A DNA stretch of 63,253 nucleotides, counting the filler, from Octopus bimaculoides (Eukaryota): the NCBI RefSeq assembly GCF_001194135.2. It is 6 parts of 6 records of this genome, joined end to end, with 100 filler letters (N's around TTAATTAATTAA, not from the genome) between each part and the next. Parts side by side here need not be neighbours in the genome. Positions count along the whole stretch, not along the records: positions 51,355 to 55,759 come from NC_068997.1; positions 55,860 to 60,970 come from NC_068991.1; positions 61,071 to 63,253 come from NC_068983.1; 3 more parts are not named here. One strand, 5' to 3'. Positions 53,986-63,253 of the stretch are shown piece after piece. A model generated the notes under the pieces. The model had not been told where the DNA came from and made no database searches. It worked only from the letters and a program-made list of their open reading frames with translations. Both the position numbers and the translations under genes were made by a program. Positions within the stretch are counted from its first letter, which is position 1, and every line of letters starts with the position of its first letter.

Positions 53986-54429
53986 CGCACACACACACAC
54001 ACAGTCATATATATACATACATATTTATGCATACCGAATATATAACGAAAGCGATAAAACAAATGTGAATTAACTTTGATATGACACTTATATAAATATT
54101 TCTTTGTGTCTTAATAATAATCAAAACCTTTACCTTGATTGATCATATGTTTGATGGAATCTTTTCGAGATAAACTCGTTACAGGATAAGAAGATAATGA
54201 GCTATAGATATAGACTGACAAATAATTCAAGAAGACGGCAGAATTTTCACAATGGAGAATATTCTTATCAAATTGTGTACGTGATTCCTACTCCTAACGT
54301 ATGTTTGTATGTATGTATGTATGTATGTATGTATGTATGTATGTATGCATGTATGTATGCATGCATACGTGTATATATGTATGGATGTGTGCCTGTGCAT
54401 ATGTATGTGTTTATGTTTTGTATGTACGC

Positions 54430-54466
<37 letters not shown>

Positions 54467-55007
54467 NNNNNNNNNNNNNNNNNNNNNNNNNNNNNNNNNN
54501 NNNNNNNNNNNNNNNNNNNNNNNNNNNNNNNNNNNNNNNNNNNNNNNNNNNNNNNNNNNNNNNNNNNNNNNNNNNNNNNNNNNNNNNNNNNNNNNNNNNN
54601 NNNNNNNNNNNNNNNNNNNNNNNNNNNNNNNNNNNNNNNNNNNNNNNNNNNNNNNNNNNNNNNNNNNNNNNNNNNNNNNNNNNNNNNNNNNNNNNNNNNN
54701 NNNNNNNNNNNNNNNNNNNNNNNNNNNNNNNNNNNNNNNNNNNNNNNNNNNNNNNNNNNNNNNNNNNNNNNNNNNNNNNNNNNNNNNNNNNNNNNNNNNN
54801 NNNNNNNNNNNNNNNNNNNNNNNNNNNNNNNNNNNNNNNNNNNNNNNNNNNNNNNNNNNNNNNNNNNNNNNNNNNNNNNNNNNNNNNNNNNNNNNNNNNN
54901 NNNNNNNNNNNNNNNNNNNNNNNNNNNNNNNNNNNNNNNNNNNNNNNNNNNNNNNNNNNNNNNNNNNNNNNNNNNNNNNNNNNNNNNNNNNNNNNNNNNN
55001 NNNNNNN

Positions 55008-55040
<33 letters not shown>

Positions 55041-55722
55041 CTCGCTAACCTCTTCCTTTCTCTCAACAAACACATACACATGCAAGCACAAACAGGCACA
55101 CATAGTTCTCTCCAATACACACACTTTTAACACACACACACACACACACATAGACAGAACACATACACACACACACACACACTCACACACACAAGCACAC
55201 GCCCGTACACACATACACACGTATATATACATACTGAAAAGAAAGATAGAAATATTTCTTGCCCAGCATCGAAAACAGATTGATGTCTGAAGATCAAAGC
55301 AATAGTGTGTGTGATGCTATTGCCATAGCAACGCCACATCAAGTGTGATGGATGACATAGCGAATATTAAATACGTCACTGTATTTGAATTCCTTTTGAA
55401 ATCTGATCGTGATGAAGTATTAGTCAAATGTTATTTATTCTCTTTTTATTTGGGGGATATGCTCCCACTTACGTTTAGAGAAACAGAAACTTCAACTCGC
55501 ATAGACACATATACGAGACTTCACACAGTGACACACATCAACGCAGGCAAAGACATATATGTGAAACTCAAATCCGAACGCAGAATAACATACAAATGCA
55601 CGAAATTTCCACGAATGTTTTACACACGCACACACACACACACACATAATGTATGTGTTTATATATATACATACACATATATATCTATGTACATGTGTGT
55701 ATATATCTATATATAAATATAC

Positions 55723-55759
<37 letters not shown>

Positions 55760-55859
55760 NNNNNNNNNNNNNNNNNNNNNNNNNNNNNNNNNNNNNNNNN
55801 NNNTTAATTAATTAANNNNNNNNNNNNNNNNNNNNNNNNNNNNNNNNNNNNNNNNNNNN

Positions 55860-55916
<57 letters not shown>

Positions 55917-55991
55917 ATATACATACACATATTAACAGACAATAAGAAGAAATGTTTTGAGAGTTCTCAGAAAATACTTGAAAAGAGAATA

Positions 55992-56072
55992 CAGTAACCC
56001 CTTACCATATCGCGATTCACCTATCGCGGTCGGTTTTGGAACGTAACACCAGCGATAGTCGAGGGATTACTG
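55992..56072. mobile_element. 81 bp Tigger/pogo-like MITE
   Basis: TA-flanked, ends CAGTAACCCCTT and GAGGGATTACTG, internal ATCGCG/GCGAT symmetry. Confidence 0.7.
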
Positions 56073-56325
56073 TATATACATTCTTCTTAAAACATGTTAC
56101 TGGTTTTACTTTATGAAATAAGAATATGGAATGAACAGGCTTTAATCACAACAATTGTTTCTCTGCATTGGTAACAGCTGTTAGTTTCTGAGTTTTCCAT
56201 ATCATACTATCACATAAACATTATAGAAAATTACATGGTGCAGTAGTAGCTGTGTGCCTGCATGTCATCAGATGAGTGGCTTTGAAAGTATTGTTAGCAG
56301 GAAAAGAGCTGAAATATTTGCACAC

Positions 56326-56510
56326 TATTAGCATTATTTACATTATTTACATTTGACGGATATTTGCTTTCATATCGTTTGTTGTTAACACAAAGTTTCG
56401 GCTGATATACCCTCCAGCCTTCATCAGGTGTCTTGGGTAAATTTCGAACATGGGTTCTCATTCCTAAGGTATTTTTCGATGTTATCATCATCATCATCAT
56501 CATCATCATC

Positions 56511-56592
<82 letters not shown>

Positions 56593-56667
56593 TTCAGGTC
56601 ACTGCCTGGAATCGAACTTGGAATCTTGGGGTTAGTAGCCCACGCTCTTAACCACTACGCCATGTGC
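56326..56667 (-). mobile_element. tRNA-headed SINE-like element containing a hammerhead ribozyme
   Basis: Pol III A box TGGCGTAGTGG (56662-56652) and B box GTTCGATTCC (56617-56608); trinucleotide-repeat middle; hammerhead at 56432-56387; AT-rich tail. Confidence 0.7.
56387..56432 (-). ncRNA. Minimal type I hammerhead ribozyme (Penelope-type)
   Basis: GACAC-CUGAUGA-A-GGCUG-(10 nt loop)-CAGCC-GAA-ACUU-U|GUGUU. Stems I and II and the catalytic core are present; the helix III tetranucleotide is ACUU rather than palindromic ACGU. Confidence 0.72.
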
Positions 56668-58462
56668 AAACAAGATGAGGACAAATATCCATCAAATTTA
56701 AATAAGGTAAATAATGTAAATAATGCACATAATTCTTCATCTCTTAAATATAGAACTTTATGTTTTCACGCTTTTAACGCGAATAAATTGCCATAAATTA
56801 TGGTATAAGATTCATGCTGTGCCTTAGGTTGAAATATTCTTGAAATTTTTCGTTTAAGAGTACTTAAGTAGTAAAAGAAGACTGAAGTGTGCTTATCACA
56901 CCACACCATTTTGGTCCTGTCGTTTTAACCCTAAATGTTGTAAGTTATAAAAGATAACATCCCGCTAAGCTATAGTTTCATAATCGAAAAATATAAGGAT
57001 TAATATATACAAATATGAAATTCAATCACCTGCTGAATATTCAGTGAAATCTAATATATTCACGTTGAAAAGGGGGCATGACCTAGTAATTACTGAGTTG
57101 GAACTCACGATCGCAAGATTCTGGTTTCGGTTCCCAGACCAGCGACACGTTGTAGTCATGTGCAAAACACTGTATTTCACGCTGCTTCAGTTCGCTCAAC
57201 AGTAAATGGGACGTTTGGTGTTCCAGACTGGTGAATATGGGCTGCCAGCCTATACCAACAGAATGGCATCATTAGAAAGCTACAGCAATGCAAGGAAGCG
57301 CATTGTGGTCAGCGGTGTATAACAACATCCGATAGTCTGATCGATGGAGCGATACAATGATGTTCACGTTATGATCAGATGACGTTGCGTTGATAAGTAT
57401 TGTTATTTCGAAGACACCCCCCCCCCAGTACTAAAAGTTAGGTATCATTCTATTTAGGAGTGGTTGTAATTTACTTATGGAATATATTTATCGATACGGA
57501 TGTACATTGGGTAAATGCGTTTGAAAGCTGTGATTTCTGTGGTTTGTTTGTTCCCGAACAACATTTATTTTATTGCTGTTGACACAGCCGGATTGAATGG
57601 TACTGTTCAGGTGTCGAAACCATAATGATATCCGTGGGGCAGCTGATGATGGATTGTTGGTATGGTTGTTTTTGTATATGTAGATTAGTATTATTGGATT
57701 GTTGGTATGACTGTGGAATAGTATTATAACACTAGTTTGATGCTCGGGAAAATGAAAAAGTATTTTACGTTTCAAGCCCAAGCTCTTCAACAGAAATGAA
57801 TATGAGAAAATAAACACAGAGAGAACGAAAAAGAGAGAAACGTGTAGATTTAGCGGTCAAGCAAATTCACTCACACGTTGACCCGAGCTATAGCCGAAAA
57901 CTCTTACCCAAGGTACCATACAGTGAGACTGAACCCGAAACAACATTGGTTGCTAAGTGAATTTCCTAATTACATTGCAATGCCTGCTCCTAATGGTCAG
58001 TTCTTCAACACATCTCTTCATATACGCGTTGTAACTATTGCCTGGATATACGATTCAGAAAATCACTGAATAAACAGTTATTCCAGATATTTCGAAATAT
58101 TCACAGGTTAAGCGAGCAGTCGTAGATACAGTGATGTCGTACGTACGCTTCGCAATTCTAACTTTCTGACTACATATTTCCAAACACATGAGTTTGCGAA
58201 GACGCGAAACGTTTAGAACAATATGATTTGTCTTGCTTCCATTTTGGGAGACTTATATGGTTTAAAGACACCCCCACCCCACAAAAAAAGGAGAGAAAAA
58301 GAACCAAAAGCTTTGAAGTTGTTTATTTTGCAAAACTAGATTCTTATTTGCTCTCACGCAATTATAACTTCTTTTCTCTTTTTCACATTCTCGCATATGT
58401 ATATGTATATANNNNNNNNNNNNNNNNNNNNNNNNNNNNNNNNNNNNNNNNNNNNNNNNNNN

Positions 58463-58517
<55 letters not shown>

Positions 58518-60043
58518 ATGTATATTATATCTATATTTATACGTGTATGAGTGGGTGGGCGGTTGGATGTGCATGTGTGTGTGTGTATGTACGAGTGAGT
58601 GTATATGTTTGTATATATGCATATCTATCGATAGGCAGAGATGTGCGTGTGTATGTGTGTGTATGTATGTATGTATGTATGTATTTATGCATAAACGATC
58701 TATTTTTCCTTTTAGTGTTTGCTTTTTTCTGACTTATGGACAACTAACTGATAATTTATATACTCACAAACACACACATAAACGCACTGACATAAACACA
58801 CACACACACACACACACGCACACACATAAACACAGACACAGACACAGGCATCGGTTTCTTTCATATTTGTCGTATACATATTCATACTGTTTTGCATAAC
58901 TTTATCTTCATCCCTTAAACTGTTGTTAGACATTTTTTGCTTATACTCACACGCACTTCTAACATTTTTGTCCTTTATTATTTTTTTTATATCCTCCTAC
59001 ACATTTAACCATTTTTGTCGAAATTTTTTCAGCCACAATTTTATATCGCTTTGCATGACCTTACATCTCACCTCCACCTGGCGCATTCCACTCCATTTTG
59101 TTTTTTATTCCAAATAACTGTTATATTGTCAACCAATAAGATCTTTTTTTCTTCTATCTTCCTCTCTCTCTCTCTCTCTCTCTCTCGTTTTTCTTTCTTT
59201 TATTTTTTATTTCTTTACTTATGCCTGTTTTATCCAGTCAGCGTTTGTTGTGATATTCAAGCCTCTTTACTTTATGTCTATTCTATTATACACCATTTTT
59301 ATGTTCAAATTTTTCGTACCAATAGAGAGAGCACCATTAGTTTCATGCTAGATTTCCTTCTGCGCGTGACATGGCGTNNNNNNNNNNNNNNNNNNNNNNN
59401 NNNNNNNNNNNNNNNNNNNNNNNNNNNNNNNNNNNNNNNNNNNNNNNNNNNNNNNNNNNNNNNNNNNNNNNNNNNNNNNNNNNNNNNNNNNNNNNNNNNN
59501 NNNNNNNNNNNNNNNNNNNNNNNNNNNNNNNNNNNNNNNNNNNNNNNNNNNNNNNNNNNNNNNNNNNNNNNNNNNNNNNNNNNNNNNNNNNNNNNNNNNN
59601 NNNNNNNNNNNNNNNNNNNNNNNNNNNNNNNNNNNNNACATATTATTGAAACTAAATTTCTTCACGTCCCGACTTTCACGTGCTCTTCTATACTTGTGTG
59701 AATGTATGTGTCTGAAGATGTAAGTGTGTATATATGTGTGTTTGTCTGCATGTTTTTGTCTCTCTCTGCCTCCTCTCTCTCTCTCTGTGCCTCCTCTCTC
59801 TCTGCCTCCTCTCTCTCTCTCTCTCTCTGTGCCTCCTCTCTCTCTCTCTCTCTGCCTCCTCTCTCTCTCTCTCTGCCTCCTCTCTCTCTCTCTCTGCCTC
59901 CTCTCTCTCTCTCTCTCTCTGTATATACATATGTGTGTGTGTATGTGAACGTGCTAGTATATACTTTCATAAACGCTTACATATATGGGTATATATACAT
60001 ACATATGGTCACTCGCATACGTGTGCTCGTGTGTATGTGTATA

Positions 60044-60079
<36 letters not shown>

Positions 60080-60559
60080 TGTGCGCGTAATATCAGGTGA
60101 TATATTTCTCTGTATATGTGAATGTATAGACAAATACATGTCTATGTCTTTGATAGTTTTTAAGAGTTTATAGATGCGAAAGCGCTTGTTAGGTCGTTTC
60201 ATGACAGAATCGTTAGAATGTCAGACATTTCATCCGCTTCTGCGTTCAAATAACTCGGAGGCTGTATGTGTCTTCCATCTTTGCGGGGCTCACTAAAATT
60301 TACGAATTTACTTTCATTAACCAAGAACCCGGATCGATTTCCTCAATTATAAATCTCTAAGGTCGTTCAACGCAGTCTCTCACTTCGTTATGGTAACTCC
60401 AGAGCGGACATTGAGGCAATGCAATATTGTCTCTCGCCCTCCCTTTAAAAAGAATCATGTCTGGTGTGGAGAAGAGGCCCTGATTCTTGGCTAATAGCTA
60501 GCATTTGCATACAGTTCAAACCAAGCCTGCGCACTGAGAGGACACCTCAGTGTCCCCTC

Positions 60560-60705
60560 ATCACGTTCAGACAACACAGACCGAAGTAAGACATTCCAAC
60601 AGCTGATCCAAATCAAAGAAGATACCTAGAGAAATTCCTTCAAGAAACACCATGCAAACCATCGACAATCAGATAAAATTCCGTTCCTTACTCGACTGGA
60701 GGTTG
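60560..60705 (+). mobile_element. Possible very decayed CR1 3' remnant
   Basis: RRYLEKFLQETPCKP...SLLDW-like pieces across frameshifts. Confidence 0.35.
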
Positions 60706-60883
60706 TAGTATTCCAAAACATGACTTCTCAGAGTGGGGTAGGCTATTAAATTAGACATTGAACAACACTAGTAAAGGTCCACACCTACGTCAGTTACCTG
60801 TTAGTATGTAGATATGCACGTACGTTCGCATGAATGCGTATATACATACATACATAATTACACACATATATATATACATGCAT

Positions 60884-60970
<87 letters not shown>

Positions 60971-61070
60971 NNNNNNNNNNNNNNNNNNNNNNNNNNNNNN
61001 NNNNNNNNNNNNNNTTAATTAATTAANNNNNNNNNNNNNNNNNNNNNNNNNNNNNNNNNNNNNNNNNNNN

Positions 61071-61115
<45 letters not shown>

Positions 61116-61372
61116 GTGTGTGTATATATATATATATATATTCAGCAGAAGTAACAGTGACTCAAAGTCCGAGAGTTTCGTACGTTGTCACTTATCAAAC
61201 TAGTTTGTTACTTCTGAATATTAATAAAAATATACATATATTTTGAGTCCCATTTTCCCTGTTTGCATTAACATACCTGTACATCCATACATACATTCAT
61301 ACATAGATACATCCATATATACATTCACACACATACATCCATTCATACATACATACATACATTATATCTTTT

Positions 61373-61598
61373 ATCTTTTACTTGCTTCAGTAATTAGACA
61401 GCGGCCATTCTGGAGCACCGCTTTGAATTTTTAGTCGAATGAATCGACCCCACTTTCATTTTTAAGCGTGGTACTTATTTTACCGTTTCCTTTTGACAAA
61501 CTGCTAAGTTACGGAGATGCAAACGCACCAACTCCGGTTGTCAAGCGGTGGTGGGTGAACAGACTCAAAGACACACACACACATACACAAATACACAC

Positions 61599-61645
<47 letters not shown>

Positions 61646-62052
61646 GTATGTTATANNNNNNNNNNNNNNNNNNNNNNNNNNNNNNNNNNNNNNNNNNNNN
61701 NNNNNNNNNNNNNNNNNNNNNNNNNNNNNNNNNNNNNNNNNNNNNNNNNNNNNNNNNNNNNNNNNNNNNNNNNNNNNNNNNNNNNNNNNNNNNNNNNNNN
61801 NNNNNNNNNNNNNNNNNNNNNNNNNNNNNNNNNNNNNNNNNNNNNNNNNNNNNNNNNNNNNNNNNNNNNNNNNNNNNNNNNNNNNNNNNNNNNNNNNNNN
61901 NNNNNNNNNNNNNNNNNNNNNNNNNNNNNNNNNNNNNNNNNNNNNNNNNNNNNNNNNNNNNNNNNNNNNNNNNNNNNNNNNNNNNNNNNNNNNNNNNNNN
62001 NNNNNNNNNNNNNNNNNNNNNNNNNNNNNNNNNNNNNNNNNNNNNNNNNNNN

Positions 62053-62110
<58 letters not shown>

Positions 62111-62260
62111 GCATTTAATGTGTGTGTTTCTTTCAGTTTCCGTCTACCGAATCCACAGGCTATAGGAGAAGATACCTGTCTGGGGGTACCACGCAGTGGG
62201 ACTGAACCTGGAACCTGGTTGGGAAGTAAGCTTCTTATCACACAACCACCCCTGTGTCTA
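61373..62260 (-). mobile_element. SINE family A split by an N gap at its internal microsatellite
   Basis: 3' half at 61373-61575, 5' half at 62110-62260. Confidence 0.7.
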
Positions 62261-63200
62261 CACATAATAATAACAATAATAATAATAATAATGGACGAGC
62301 TTTATACTGTACTCTACTATGTTCTTAACAGAATATACCATGACTATACACACACACACGCTTATAAGGCTATGTCAGCTTAAGTCTATAGTAGAAAACC
62401 CTTGCCCAAGGTGCCACGCGGTGGGACTGAACCCGGAACTATGTGGTTAGGAAGCAAACTTCTTACCACACTACCACACCTATATGTATGTGTATGTGTG
62501 TGTGTGTGTGTGTTATTTATTCGATGGTTGACAATGAGAGGAATCTGGTTGTATTGAAACGCTGACTTTAGCGTATTCTACGATAAAATCGATCCCGAGT
62601 TATTGGGGTCTGGTCTTCTATCGATCTCTACTTTTTGAATGGTTCATAAAGGGGCACAATTGGACAAACAGCAAACAAATATACATAGACACATACATAC
62701 GTCGGTATATAATACACACACACACAGACTCAAGGACACATACATGGATATAAATATTTATTTCTATATAGCCCACGGGGAGGAGGCTAAACATAGAGGG
62801 GACAAACAAGGACAGACAAAGGGATTAAGTCGATGTAATCGGCTTCAGTGTTCAACAGGAACTTATTTAATCGACTTTGGCGGAATTTGAACTCAGAACG
62901 TAACGGCAGACGAAATACCGCTAAGCATTTCGTCCGGCATGCTAACGTTTCTGCCAGGTCGCCGCCCTACATGGTTATACTTTGTATATACTATATTATA
63001 TACATAGTTTCACAGACACACACATATGTGGGTGTGTGTATACACAGACAAGGTGGTGATTATTTTATACTTTATATATGCACATACAGGCATTCATGTA
63101 CATACATATATATGTGTATGTGTGTGTATATAGGTATATATACATATCTGTGTAAGTATACACATGTATGTATGCATACATACATACATTCATACATATG

Positions 63201-63253
<53 letters not shown>

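Noticed and set aside
56595-56667. tRNA gene
   Set aside because: A and B boxes are present but the acceptor and anticodon stems do not pair properly; it is a SINE head. The same applies to the other tRNA-like heads.

Overview
AT-rich, microsatellite-dense, heavily gapped eukaryotic genomic DNA. The repeat families and the N-TTAATTAATTAA-N spacers make a draft octopus assembly (Octopus bimaculoides-like) the most likely source; this is inferred, not searched. The only host gene I can support is the 3' half of a two-pore-domain K+ channel (K2P/KCNK family) on the minus strand. Its two exons (45395-45596 and 43796-44207) splice in frame and encode the P1 GYG half, M2, M3, P2 (TIGFG), M4 and the stop; the upstream exons are not visible. 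The rest is transposon-derived: decayed LINEs of four clades (RTE, R4/Dong, CR1, L1/Tx1) clustered at 23-39 kb, several tRNA-headed SINE families, hAT, mariner and Tigger remnants, and simple repeats. Main oddities: (1) a tRNA-headed SINE-like unit at 56.3-56.76 kb carrying a Penelope-type minimal hammerhead ribozyme and an inverted copy of its own tail; (2) a second hammerhead core at 9.76 kb; (3) a ~625 bp foldback at 30.07-30.69 kb with a 93 bp perfect core; (4) a duplicated 35 nt microexon-like cassette on the plus strand; (5) an apparently CpG-depleted domain at about 23.5-45 kb. Repeat boundaries are read by eye and approximate.
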